A DNA stretch of 64,000 nucleotides, from assembly GCA_963733035.1 (NCBI GenBank), contig CAVTBU010000005.1, forward strand, positions 1,280,001-1,344,000, read 5' to 3'. Shown in pieces: positions 18,082-27,646 of the stretch; the first letter of the stretch is position 1; every line of letters begins with the position of its first letter. The notes under the pieces were generated by a model. That model was not told the DNA's origin and made no database searches. It was given only the letters and a program-made list of their open reading frames with translations. A program made the translations under genes and the position numbers. The stretch is from Pirellulales bacterium. GTDB lineage: Bacteria > Planctomycetota > Planctomycetia > Pirellulales > PALSA-1355.

Positions 18082-20721
18082 TTAGCCCGCGCCGAGTTTC
18101 TTAAGCAGCGATTTTGGCAGCGTTTGGCGGACCGAATCGAGGAATTGCCATGGATCGCGTTTGAGCTTGTCCAGCCGAGCGGGCAAATTGGCGATTGTGA
18201 ATTGATCGGACGATTTGATGTTGGGCAGTTCTTCCCAGCTTATCGGCGTGGCGACCGGACAACCGGCGTGAGCGCGAGTCGAGTACGGTACGACAGCCGT
18301 TGCACCGCGGGAATTCCGCAGGTAGTCGATATAGATTTTGCCGCCGCGGGCGGACTTCGACATGTTCGTGGTGTAGCGATTGGGATCAGCGACGGCGGCG
18401 GCCTCGGCAATTGCGCGACTGATTTCCTTGGCATCCTCCCAGGTCGTGCGCCGTTCAATCGGTAACACCAAATGCAGCCCCTTGCCGCCGGTCGTCTTCG
18501 CGCCGCAAATCAGGTCCAAGTCCGCCAGAAAGTCGCGCAGTTGCAAGGCGCTTTCGACGGTTCGTTGCCACGGAACATCCACGTCGGGATCGAGATCGAA
18601 CACCAAGCGGTCCGGTTTTTCGATGTTGTCGGTACGCGCTCCCCAGGCGTGAATCTCGAGCGTGTTCATCTGCACCAGTGACAGCAACCCCTCAAGATCC
18701 TTGACCACCGCATACTCAATTGTCTTTCGCTTGTCGTCGATGGCCACCCGGCCAATCGATTCGGGCATTCCCTTGCCAACGTGCTTCTGGAAAAAACAGT
18801 TGCCACGGTAGCCCTGGGGACAACGGACGAGCGTAAGCGGCCGGTCGACGACGTGCGGTAAGATCCAATCGGCAGCGCTCGCATAGTAGCCCGCGAGTTG
18901 CGCTTTGGTGATCCCATCGCCGGGGTACAGAACCTTGTCTGGATGCGTCAGACGGACGGAATCAGGAAATTCTGCGGACAGGCTTTCCTGATGCCTGGAG
19001 TTTCGTGCGACGGAGTTTCTGGTCGTGGGCTTCGACACGGCAGGTTGCTCCAATGACTTGAGCGGCACGGGACGTTCGCGAATGACTTGCGAAGCCGGCT
19101 TGTCCTCGCGTAGGCCTTGAAACGCCGGGTGCCGCAAATGGCCGTCGCGCGTCCATTCACTAAACGTGACTTGCGCCACCAGTATGGGCTTTACCCAGTG
19201 CACGCCGCGGGCCTGCCCGGTGCGTCCTTGGAGGTCGACAAACGGCGACTTGCTCTGCTCCAGCGTACGAAGTTGCCGCGACAAGTCCTCGAGCAGTTCA
19301 TCGCTGAATCCGGTGCCGACTCGACCCGCATAGCGGAGTTGACCATCGTCGTAATATCCCAATGCTAGCGCCCCAAATCCGACGCGCGATCCAGCAGGCG
19401 AAGTATACCCGCCGATCACAAACTCCTCGCGGTGCGCACACTTCACTTTGAGCCACTCGCCGCTGCGTCCTGGACGATACGGCCGATCACGGCGTTTGCA
19501 GATGATGCCTTCGAGCTTTCTCTGGCAGGCCTCGGCGAAAAACTCGGGAGCCCGACCCACGATATAGCCGGCATCGCGAACCGCACCTGGCCCGGAAGGA
19601 ACGAGCTGCGTCAATAAACGCTTGCGCTGCTCCAGGGGCACCTTCGTCAAGTTCACGCCATCGAGATAAAGCACGTCGAACACATAGTAGACGAGCCGGT
19701 TGGCTTGCTTGCCTGCGAAGGCGTTCTGCAGGGCCTGAAAGCTGGTGCTGCCGTCGGGTTCGACCGCGACGACTTCGCCATCGAAGACGGCCGAACCAAC
19801 TCCCAGGCCGCGAACCGCCCGCACCAGATGCGGCACGCGCGCCGTCCAATCCAGTCCGTTGCGGCTCAAAAAGGTGACCTCGCGGCGTTCGACCTGGCAG
19901 ATCATCCGATAGCCGTCGAACTTGATCTCGTTGAACCACTGGTCTCCATCTGGGGCTCGTTTTACAAGGGTTGCCAGCTGCGGCTTGATTCGCATGGGGA
20001 GCGGTCCGCGCCGGGCACCTGGCAGTTCGGCAAGAAGTCGTTTCCGCGAGCGAGCGTTGAGGTGTTGCGGCCGTGAATGAGTCGTCGCGTCGCCCGGCGG
20101 GTCGCCTCCCTTGGCCGCGCCATGTTTGGCATTCCAGACCCGTCGTCCGGCGGCAATCTGGTCCATCGTACGTCCGGTCGCCGCACTTTCTGGCTCGCGC
20201 TGGAGAATTCCGTCTTCGTCTCCTTCGATGGCCTCGTCGTCACGAATCTTGAAGAGGAACCAAGGTTCTTTCTGGCCGCCTCCAAATCGACCGTTGCCGC
20301 CGCTTCGTCGGACCAACACCCAATCGCCCCGCAGCTTCTTCCCATGCAGACGGAAATGCAGTTTACCCTCGCGATAGGCCTCGTCCGGATCACCGTCGAT
20401 CGACCACGTTCCTTGGTCCCAGAGCATCACGGTACCGCCGCCGTATTGTCCTCTGGGGATCGTACCCTCGAAGGAGCCGTATTCAACCGGATGGTCCTCG
20501 ACATGCATCGCCAACCGCTTCACGTGGGGATCGAGACTCGGTCCCTTTGGCACGGCCCAACTCTTCAGCACACCACCGATCTGCAGCCGAAAATCATAGT
20601 GCAGGTGACTTGCGGCGTGCTTTTGCACCACGAACAGCCAGCCGGATTTCTTCCGCCGCCGGCCTCGTGGCTCCGCCGTACGTTGGAAATCGCGTTTGTC
20701 TTGGTAACGTTTCAGGGACAT
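18082..20721 (-). CDS. ligD: NHEJ DNA ligase D (phosphoesterase-ligase-polymerase)
   Basis: FVVQKHAASHLHYDFRL (PE domain); EIKFDGYR, EGIICKR, WLKVK (ligase); LTHPDKVLYP, FFQKH, PDRLVFDLDP, KTTGGKGLH (polymerase). Confidence 0.95.
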   Translation of the reverse strand: MSLKRYQDKRDFQRTAEPRGRRRKKSGWLFVVQKHAASHLHYDFRLQIGGVLKSWAVPKGPSLDPHVKRLAMHVEDHPVEYGSFEGTIPRGQYGGGTVMLWDQGTWSIDGDPDEAYREGKLHFRLHGKKLRGDWVLVRRSGGNGRFGGGQKEPWFLFKIRDDEAIEGDEDGILQREPESAATGRTMDQIAAGRRVWNAKHGAAKGGDPPGDATTHSRPQHLNARSRKRLLAELPGARRGPLPMRIKPQLATLVKRAPDGDQWFNEIKFDGYRMICQVERREVTFLSRNGLDWTARVPHLVRAVRGLGVGSAVFDGEVVAVEPDGSTSFQALQNAFAGKQANRLVYYVFDVLYLDGVNLTKVPLEQRKRLLTQLVPSGPGAVRDAGYIVGRAPEFFAEACQRKLEGIICKRRDRPYRPGRSGEWLKVKCAHREEFVIGGYTSPAGSRVGFGALALGYYDDGQLRYAGRVGTGFSDELLEDLSRQLRTLEQSKSPFVDLQGRTGQARGVHWVKPILVAQVTFSEWTRDGHLRHPAFQGLREDKPASQVIRERPVPLKSLEQPAVSKPTTRNSVARNSRHQESLSAEFPDSVRLTHPDKVLYPGDGITKAQLAGYYASAADWILPHVVDRPLTLVRCPQGYRGNCFFQKHVGKGMPESIGRVAIDDKRKTIEYAVVKDLEGLLSLVQMNTLEIHAWGARTDNIEKPDRLVFDLDPDVDVPWQRTVESALQLRDFLADLDLICGAKTTGGKGLHLVLPIERRTTWEDAKEISRAIAEAAAVADPNRYTTNMSKSARGGKIYIDYLRNSRGATAVVPYSTRAHAGCPVATPISWEELPNIKSSDQFTIANLPARLDKLKRDPWQFLDSVRQTLPKSLLKKLGAG

Positions 20722-20810
20722 ACAATATCCCGCGAAGCGGGTGGCCGGAAGTATCGGAAGCGAGGCACGCCACCAACCGATTGCGAATACCGCGGCACGC
20801 TCTTGCAATT

Positions 20811-22826
20811 CTATGCCGTCAATGTGCGGTTGTCTTCGCCCGCGCGCTGCTTCAGTTGCGCGATCAACCGCAATATCGAGTTGTCGATCGGCTTGCTAAT
20901 GCAGGCGTTGCAACCCGACCGTCGAGACTGTTGCAACTCCTCGGGCCGAGCGTGCGCGGTCAGGGCGACAATCAAGCCCGGGTATTCCTGCTCGCGCAAC
21001 CGCTCCGTCGCGGTGAAGCCGTCCAGCATCGGCATTTGCACGTCCATCAGGATGACGTCGAAGGGGCTTCCGTTTCGCTGGGCCGCCAGAGCGACGCGGA
21101 CGGCCTCTGCGCCGTTGTCGACCGCCGTCACTTGCGCGCCCGACCGTTCCAACACGAAGGTCACAAGCTCCTGGTTGTCGGGACTGTCCTCGGCAACCAA
21201 GATCCGGCAGTTTTCCAGATCGCTGACTCCGGCGGCTTGAGTCTCGTCTGCTACGGCGGACGCCGTCCATGCCGGCGCGACGTCGGTTTGCGGTTGATTG
21301 ATGCCGACCGTGACAACAAAGTTGCTCCCTTTGCCCGGCTCGCTTTGCACGGCAATGTCACCCCCCAGCAAATTCGCCAGCTGTTTGCTGATCCAGAGTC
21401 CAAGGCCGCTACCGCCAAAGAGTCGACTGGTGGTTTCGTCGCCTTGCGCAAAAGGATGGAACAGGTTTTCAATTTGGCGAGGAGTCAGGCCGATTCCTTG
21501 ATCCCGAATTTCAAAACGCATGCACGGGTCGCCTGCCGGGCCGTTCGACAACATCCGGATTCGCACCTCGCCGCGAGAACTGAACTTGATCGCGTTGCTC
21601 ACGAGGTTGAGCAGAATTTGTCGCAGCCGCAGGGGGTCGGAATGGATGGTCTCGGGAACGTCATCGCCGCATTCCACGACCAGAGGCAATCCCTTCGCGT
21701 CGGCACGCACCTGCAAGAGCTGCACCACTTCGCCGACAATTTGCCGCGGCGAACAGCGCAGCATTTCGACGGCCAGCTTGCCGGACTCAATACGCGACAG
21801 GTCGAGAATATCGTCGACCAGTTGCAACAGGAATTCGCTGTTGCGCTTGATCGTGCGAGCCGCCTTGATCGACTCGCCATCGATCAGGTTGGAAACCAGG
21901 ACGTCAGCGTAGCCGAGTATGGCGGTCAGCGGCGTGCGAATTTCGTGGCTGACCGTGGCCACCAGATGGCTCTTGGCGGCATTGGCCTCCTCGGCGGCCG
22001 CGCGGGCCTGTTGCAACTCGGAAGCCTGCCGATGCAACTCGTCGCGCACACGCTCGAGCCGTTCGGTATAGTCCCGGTAATTGGCAGTCCGCTCGCGATA
22101 CTGCAATTCGAGCCGGCGATTGCTCTCTTCGATCCGCGCTTGTCCGATTGAAAAAAGCCAGGTCTCTCGATCACTCAGGCGAATTGCCAGCACGAGTGCG
22201 CAAACCTCGAACAGGATAAATCCCAGCCGCTCCCATTCGTAGATTGCCGCCTGACTGTCGAACGGCCAAAGATCCGCGCGCAGGATGTCGCGCCCAATGT
22301 AGGTCGCCGTCGCTGTGAGCAAGATCCGCCAGTCGCGGTAGCAGGCTAGGATCGCCAAGGCGCCAAACACCGGGAAATGCGAGCCTAGTCGTCCGCCGGT
22401 ATGCTCCATCAGCAACGTCGACCAAATAATCAGCGCAACAGCAACGGCATGACGCGTGAGCGGCCTGCCTGGAATGCACCACATCAGCCCGAGCGGAATG
22501 CCGCTGACAAATGCGCCTCCGACGATGACCCAGGTTATGACCGGCGGGCTTTGAAGGCCCGTGGAAGGCGAGACCAGGGCGATGCCGGCGATTGCCGCCA
22601 GCCACTCAAGAATCAACACCCAGGCGAACAGGCGATCGACACGCCACCCCACGGCGCGCAATTGCTCGGCCACGAGCTCAGCGGCTCGCGCTTCGGCGCG
22701 GTTGGACTGTTCGGCGTCTGCGGCGTGTTGTATCACGACCAGATCTCCCCGACCTCGCTTGCGATGCGCGCTGGCCACGCCAGGGGAGTCAACGATCGCA
22801 TTGCCCCGCGTAGAACGTGCGCGCAA
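20811..22826 (-). CDS. Membrane-bound hybrid sensor histidine kinase / response regulator
   Basis: Multi-TM N-terminus; SHEIRTPL H-box; NLVSNAIKF, DQGIG and GSGLGL boxes; C-terminal REC domain (ILMDVQMP). Start uncertain. Confidence 0.92.
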   Translation of the reverse strand: MRARSTRGNAIVDSPGVASAHRKRGRGDLVVIQHAADAEQSNRAEARAAELVAEQLRAVGWRVDRLFAWVLILEWLAAIAGIALVSPSTGLQSPPVITWVIVGGAFVSGIPLGLMWCIPGRPLTRHAVAVALIIWSTLLMEHTGGRLGSHFPVFGALAILACYRDWRILLTATATYIGRDILRADLWPFDSQAAIYEWERLGFILFEVCALVLAIRLSDRETWLFSIGQARIEESNRRLELQYRERTANYRDYTERLERVRDELHRQASELQQARAAAEEANAAKSHLVATVSHEIRTPLTAILGYADVLVSNLIDGESIKAARTIKRNSEFLLQLVDDILDLSRIESGKLAVEMLRCSPRQIVGEVVQLLQVRADAKGLPLVVECGDDVPETIHSDPLRLRQILLNLVSNAIKFSSRGEVRIRMLSNGPAGDPCMRFEIRDQGIGLTPRQIENLFHPFAQGDETTSRLFGGSGLGLWISKQLANLLGGDIAVQSEPGKGSNFVVTVGINQPQTDVAPAWTASAVADETQAAGVSDLENCRILVAEDSPDNQELVTFVLERSGAQVTAVDNGAEAVRVALAAQRNGSPFDVILMDVQMPMLDGFTATERLREQEYPGLIVALTAHARPEELQQSRRSGCNACISKPIDNSILRLIAQLKQRAGEDNRTLTA

Positions 22827-22947
22827 GCTGTCAGATGCTTGAACGAGCGCCGGGGCAAATCAGATGCCCGCGCCCCCAACTCTACTCTTGGAATTGGCAA
22901 ACCGCGGGCGGGCGCACGGGTTGGCCGAGTCGTGTCGATTGTTCCGA

Positions 22948-22967
22948 CAAATAGAGCCAAATAGAGC
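22948..22967. repeat. Perfect 10-bp tandem repeat in a divergent promoter region
   Basis: CAAATAGAGC CAAATAGAGC between the kinase and HD-GYP genes. Confidence 0.75.
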
Positions 22968-23146
22968 GAGCGTTCCCTGACGGACATGGCGGCACGCCGC
23001 CCAGCGCGGCCAAATCCCGATCACACAAGTCCAAACCACGTCATGGCTTACTCGTTTGACACGGGACTGGCTGCGGTCTACGGTTCCAAGGCCCCGAATG
23101 AGTCGAATTAGTTGCCTCCGCCCTAGCGGCACTGTGTGGAGCCCAG

Positions 23147-24178
23147 GTGATGCAGGTTCTTGTCGTCGACGACAATCCGATTGCCGTGGACATGTTGGAA
23201 AAAACTCTCCAACGTGCAGGGTACAAGGTGCTGACCGCGAGCAACGGCCGAGCGGCTCTTCAAATTCTCGAACGAGGCACTTGTCAGTTCGTGATTACCG
23301 ACTGGGAGATGCCGCAGATGTCGGGGCTCGAACTTTGCCGGCGAATCCGGCAATTGACGACGCTCAACTACATCTACGTGATTCTACTCACCGCGCGCCG
23401 CGACGCATCGGACTCGATTGAAGGCATGACCGCCGGTGCCGACGATTTCATCGTTAAGCCGTTCCAACCCAGCGAGCTCGTGCTGCGGCTGCGGGCCGGC
23501 GAACGGCTGTTGGCCCTGGAAACGCGTGAATTGCTCATCTTTACGCTGGCGAAACTGGCCGAATCGCGAGACAGCGACACGGGCGCCCACCTGGAGCGGG
23601 TGCGTAACTATTCACGAATCATCGCCGAGCACCTTTCGCACCTGCCGAAGTATCGAAGCGTGATCAACGCGGAGTTCGTGCGGCTGATCTTCCTCACGAG
23701 TCCACTGCACGACATTGGCAAAGTCGCCATTCCCGACCACGTGTTGTTAAAGCCCGGCCCTCTCACCGAGGAAGAGTTCACGGTCATGAAGACCCATACC
23801 ACTCGGGGCGCCGAGACGCTGGACGCCGCGTTGCAACATTACCCCGCGGCCCGCTTTCTGAGGATGGCACGAGACATTGCCGCGAGCCATCACGAATGGT
23901 ACGACGGCTCCGGCTATCCGCGCGGATTGGCGGGCGACGAAATCCCGCTGCCCGGCCGCATCGTGGCGCTAGCCGATACATACGATGCCTTGACCAGCAA
24001 GCGGGTCTACAAGGATGCCTTCACGCACGAAAAGGCAAAGGCCACGGTCGTCAAAGGTCGCGGCAAGCATTTCGACCCCGACATCGTCGACGCCTTCCTG
24101 GCGAATGAAGCAAAGTTCGTTCAGGTGCAACAATCCCTCGCCGACAAAGCTTCCAGCCCGGAACTGGCGACTGTTTAG
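23147..24178 (+). CDS. Response regulator with HD-GYP cyclic di-GMP phosphodiesterase domain (RpfG-like)
   Basis: REC domain (VVDD, TDWEMP, KPF); LHDIGK, HHEWYDGSGYP and ADTYDALTSKRVYK motifs. Confidence 0.93.
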   Translation: MMQVLVVDDNPIAVDMLEKTLQRAGYKVLTASNGRAALQILERGTCQFVITDWEMPQMSGLELCRRIRQLTTLNYIYVILLTARRDASDSIEGMTAGADDFIVKPFQPSELVLRLRAGERLLALETRELLIFTLAKLAESRDSDTGAHLERVRNYSRIIAEHLSHLPKYRSVINAEFVRLIFLTSPLHDIGKVAIPDHVLLKPGPLTEEEFTVMKTHTTRGAETLDAALQHYPAARFLRMARDIAASHHEWYDGSGYPRGLAGDEIPLPGRIVALADTYDALTSKRVYKDAFTHEKAKATVVKGRGKHFDPDIVDAFLANEAKFVQVQQSLADKASSPELATV

Positions 24179-24384
24179 CGCCGAACTTTCTGAATTCGAC
24201 AAACGGAGCCGCAGTCTTTAGGCCGTTCGATCGAATTCCCGTTCTGCGGGCGGCGACGTCTGCCGTGAGGGCTTCGTTTCATAGGAATCGCCGGTGGCCA
24301 GCGGTCTTGGGTGCCAAATAGGTGGTAAACTAAACTTGGCCCGCCTTCTTCTCCCTCACTCACCCGCCCACCGGAGGAACTGTC

Positions 24385-24741
24385 GTGCGAAAGCTTTTTT
24401 TGGCTGGTGCCGTCGCCTTTGCGACCTGCAGCGCCACCGCGGCCATGGCCGAGGATATCGTGGTCGAAGCCCTGCGCGTCGAGACGGCCGGCCCCCCCTG
24501 CCAGTTGCCGACGACCAAGGTGTATCGAATCAAACCCGAGTATTGCCCGCAGGCGCTCGTTTATATGATTCCCCAAGTTGTCGGCCCGGCCTGTAGCGGT
24601 TGCAATTGCGGCCCCTACGGGATTCCGCCGATCTACGCCTCGGGACAGAACGTTCTCGTGCGGCAAACGCCGGAGGTTCAGGAACGGATCACCGAGTTCT
24701 TGACGGAAATGGGCGCGCTGGTGCCGTCGAAGAAGCTCTAG
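24385..24741 (+). CDS. Small secreted protein with a secretin-N/NolW-like C-terminal motif
   Basis: GGAGGA RBS; signal peptide ending AMA; VLVRQTPEVQERITEFL resembles ring-building domains of secretins. Confidence 0.65.
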   Translation: MRKLFLAGAVAFATCSATAAMAEDIVVEALRVETAGPPCQLPTTKVYRIKPEYCPQALVYMIPQVVGPACSGCNCGPYGIPPIYASGQNVLVRQTPEVQERITEFLTEMGALVPSKKL

Positions 24742-24819
24742 GCCGATCGCCTGCGCAAAACGTCGGCCGCGACTTGCGCGCGATCGACATCGTGCCGAGT
24801 GAATGCGCCGGCACCGTGC

Positions 24820-24848
24820 TTGCGCCGCGGGCCGGCATGCCCTATAAT
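24820..24848 (+). promoter_or_regulatory. Putative sigma70 promoter for glcDEF
   Basis: TTGCGC-17 bp-TATAAT, about 48 bp upstream of glcD. Confidence 0.65.
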
Positions 24849-24895
24849 GTGGGTTTGCAGCCATCGGTGTTCCGGCCTTAGCAGGTTCTTGATCC

Positions 24896-26335
24896 GTGAT
24901 TTCGTCCGCACTGTTGCCGGTCGCCAATGCACTTCGCCGCGCGGTGGGCGACGAAAACGTCTTGGCCGCCCACTCGGACCTCGTCGTCTTTGAGTGCGAC
25001 GGGTTTGTCATCGAAAAGAATTGTCCCGACGTGGTCGTCTTTCCGCGCACGACGGACGACGTGGCGGCCATTGTGCGCGTGTGCAATGAGCACCATGTAT
25101 CCTTCCTGCCACGCGGCGCAGGCACGAGCCTGGCCGGCGGTTGCCTGCCGGTCGGAGGTGGCGTGATGATCGTGCTCACGCGGATGAAACAGATTCTGGA
25201 AATCAACCTCCGCGACCGCTACGCGGTCGTGCAGCCGGGCGTGGTCAACCTGTGGCTCACCAATGCCCTCAAGGGAACGGGATATCATTACGCCCCCGAT
25301 CCGTCGAGTCAGGGTGCTTGTACAATTGGCGGCAACGTGGCCACGAACTCCGGCGGACCGCATACGCTCAAGTACGGCGTGACGGTAAACCACACGCTGG
25401 GTATCGAAGCCGTGATGGCCGATGGTTCGATCGCGCAGTTTGGAGGGCCGGCCGAAGATCAAACCGGTCTCGATCTGCCCGGGACGCTGGTGGGCAGCGA
25501 AGGCACGCTGGCGATTGTGACCAAGGTTTGGGTGCGGCTAACCAAGAATCCCGAGGGAGTGCGCACGTTGTTGGGCGTCTTCGATTCCGTCGACGACGCA
25601 ACCAATTCGATCAGCGAGATTATCGGCGCGGGAATCATTCCCGCCGCGCTCGAAATGATGGACCAGGGCATCCTCGCTGCGGTCGAAGCCGCGTTTCGTT
25701 TCGGCTTCCCGCTTGACGCACAGGCGATTCTTTTGATCGAGGTCGACGGTCTCGAAGTCGGGCTCGACGCGCAGCGCGATCGAATCATCGAATTGTGCGA
25801 GAAGTGCGGTGCCCGCGAAGTGCGCCAGGCGCGCGATGCCCAGGAGCGGTTGTTGCTCTGGAAGTCGCGCAAGCAGGCCTTCGGCGCCGTCGGCCGCCTT
25901 AGCCCCAGCTACTGCACGCAGGACGGAGTCGTTCCGCGCACAAAACTTCCGCACATCTTGCGGCGGATCATGGAAATCGGACAGAAATTCAACATCCGAA
26001 TCGTGAATGTATTTCATGCGGGTGATGGAAACATTCATCCAATCTTGCTGTTTGATGAGCGCGATGCGGAACAAGTCGAACGCGTGCTCGCGGCCAGCGG
26101 CGAGATACTCGATGAATGCATCGCGAGTGGTGGCAGCGTGACCGGAGAGCACGGCATCGGCGTCGAAAAGATCAGCTTCATGCGAAAGCTCTTCAACGAT
26201 GACGATCTCGCGGCGATGGCCCGGCTTCACGACGCATTTAACCCCGAAAATTGCCTGAGTCCGGCCAAGATGCTGCCCACGTCCGGCGCCTGCGGGCTCG
26301 AGCAAGTTCATCCCGGCCGACGCGCTGCCATGTGA
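24896..26335 (+). CDS. glcD: Glycolate oxidase FAD-linked subunit
   Basis: PRGAGTSLAGG, APDPSS...CTIGGNVATNSGG, GSEGTL, HAGDGNIHP and TGEHGIG motifs. Confidence 0.9.
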   Translation: MISSALLPVANALRRAVGDENVLAAHSDLVVFECDGFVIEKNCPDVVVFPRTTDDVAAIVRVCNEHHVSFLPRGAGTSLAGGCLPVGGGVMIVLTRMKQILEINLRDRYAVVQPGVVNLWLTNALKGTGYHYAPDPSSQGACTIGGNVATNSGGPHTLKYGVTVNHTLGIEAVMADGSIAQFGGPAEDQTGLDLPGTLVGSEGTLAIVTKVWVRLTKNPEGVRTLLGVFDSVDDATNSISEIIGAGIIPAALEMMDQGILAAVEAAFRFGFPLDAQAILLIEVDGLEVGLDAQRDRIIELCEKCGAREVRQARDAQERLLLWKSRKQAFGAVGRLSPSYCTQDGVVPRTKLPHILRRIMEIGQKFNIRIVNVFHAGDGNIHPILLFDERDAEQVERVLAASGEILDECIASGGSVTGEHGIGVEKISFMRKLFNDDDLAAMARLHDAFNPENCLSPAKMLPTSGACGLEQVHPGRRAAM

Positions 26336-26367
26336 CCGCGCTCCGTGCCCTGGTAAGAACGACGACC

Positions 26368-27618
26368 ATGACCGCCTTAGCCGACCAACTGCCGCTCTCC
26401 GAAACACAAACGCCTAACGACCAGCCGGCGTTGGCGGCGGCGTTGGCCAGCGCCAATGCAGGGTCGACGGCCGTGTATCCGATTGGCGGCGGCACGAGCC
26501 TTGACTACGGCCTGCCGGCCACGACGCCCGGCCTCGGGCTTGTACTCACGGGTTTGAACCGTGTCGTCGACTATCCGGCGCGCGACATGACCGTCACCGT
26601 CGAGGCCGGCATTACGCTGGCCGAGCTTGCCAACACGTTGGCCACCGAACGGCAATGGCTGCCGGTCGAAGGGGCGCAGCCGCAACAGGCGACAATCGGC
26701 GGCCTGATGGCGACAGCCTTCAGCGGACCGCGCCGTTATGGTTACGGAACAATGCGCGACTATGTGATCGGCATGACAGCCATCGACGTGAGGGGGGTAC
26801 CCTTCAAGGCCGGCGGTCGCGTCGTAAAAAACGTGGCCGGCTATGACTTTTGCAAGCTGCTCACCGGCTCGCTCGGCACGCTGGGTGTGATCTCGCAGGT
26901 AACTCTCAAAGTTCGGCCCATTCCCGAGTGCTCGGCTTTGCTGTCGTGCGAACTACGCGATCTCGAGGTGGCCGAAAAACTGCTGGCCGCCATCGTACAG
27001 TCGCGCACCACGCCGGCGGCGGTCGAACTGCTCTGCGGACCGATGTGGCGGCAGCACGCGAGCCTCGGCTCGCTTACGGCGGGTACGATTGGCCGTTTGG
27101 TCGTCGGACTGGAAGGGGCCGAAAGTGAAGTCAACTGGATGCTCGGCCAATTGTCCGCTGAATGGCGAGAATTGGGCATCGCGACGGCGCACGCGGTCAC
27201 GGGCGAGGCGACAGCGAAGCTGTGGGAAAGCCTTCAGGAGTTTGCCGCACTTCCCGATGCGCCCTTGGTGCTCAAGGCCAGCGTCGTACCCAGCCGCACA
27301 ACCGCCTTCGTGCAACTCGTGCGGCAGCTCGATCCGGATGCTTCCATCCAAGCCCACGCAGGTAGTGGGATTGTCCTTGTCCGCTTTGAGAAGTTTGACG
27401 CCGGCGACATCTCGCGCGGTTTAGTCGCCAAGCTGCACCCGGCGGCCCAACGTGCCGGCGGGGGGGCGGTCGTGCTGTCGAGCACGCTCGATGGCTGGAC
27501 GCGCGAGGCACGGTGGGGAAACGTGACTTCGGCCGCACCGTGGATGGCAAAAATCAAGCGGCAGTTCGACCCTCAGAACCTGCTCAATCCGGGCCGGTTT
27601 GCGTACGATATCAATTGA
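26368..27618 (+). CDS. glcE: Glycolate oxidase FAD-binding subunit
   Basis: GGRVVKNVAGYD, GSLGTLGVI and FDPQNLLNPGR motifs; lies between glcD and glcF. Confidence 0.88.
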   Translation: MTALADQLPLSETQTPNDQPALAAALASANAGSTAVYPIGGGTSLDYGLPATTPGLGLVLTGLNRVVDYPARDMTVTVEAGITLAELANTLATERQWLPVEGAQPQQATIGGLMATAFSGPRRYGYGTMRDYVIGMTAIDVRGVPFKAGGRVVKNVAGYDFCKLLTGSLGTLGVISQVTLKVRPIPECSALLSCELRDLEVAEKLLAAIVQSRTTPAAVELLCGPMWRQHASLGSLTAGTIGRLVVGLEGAESEVNWMLGQLSAEWRELGIATAHAVTGEATAKLWESLQEFAALPDAPLVLKASVVPSRTTAFVQLVRQLDPDASIQAHAGSGIVLVRFEKFDAGDISRGLVAKLHPAAQRAGGGAVVLSSTLDGWTREARWGNVTSAAPWMAKIKRQFDPQNLLNPGRFAYDIN

Positions 27619-27646
27619 GCCTCCGCCAAATTGCCGACTCCATCGC

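Noticed and set aside
20077..22151. Long plus-strand ORFs (20077-21240, 20547-22151)
   Set aside because: Antisense shadows of ligD and the histidine kinase; no motifs; expected in GC-rich DNA.
18082..24178. ligD-kinase-HD-GYP block as a mobile island
   Set aside because: No integrase, transposase, tRNA target or flanking direct repeats were seen.
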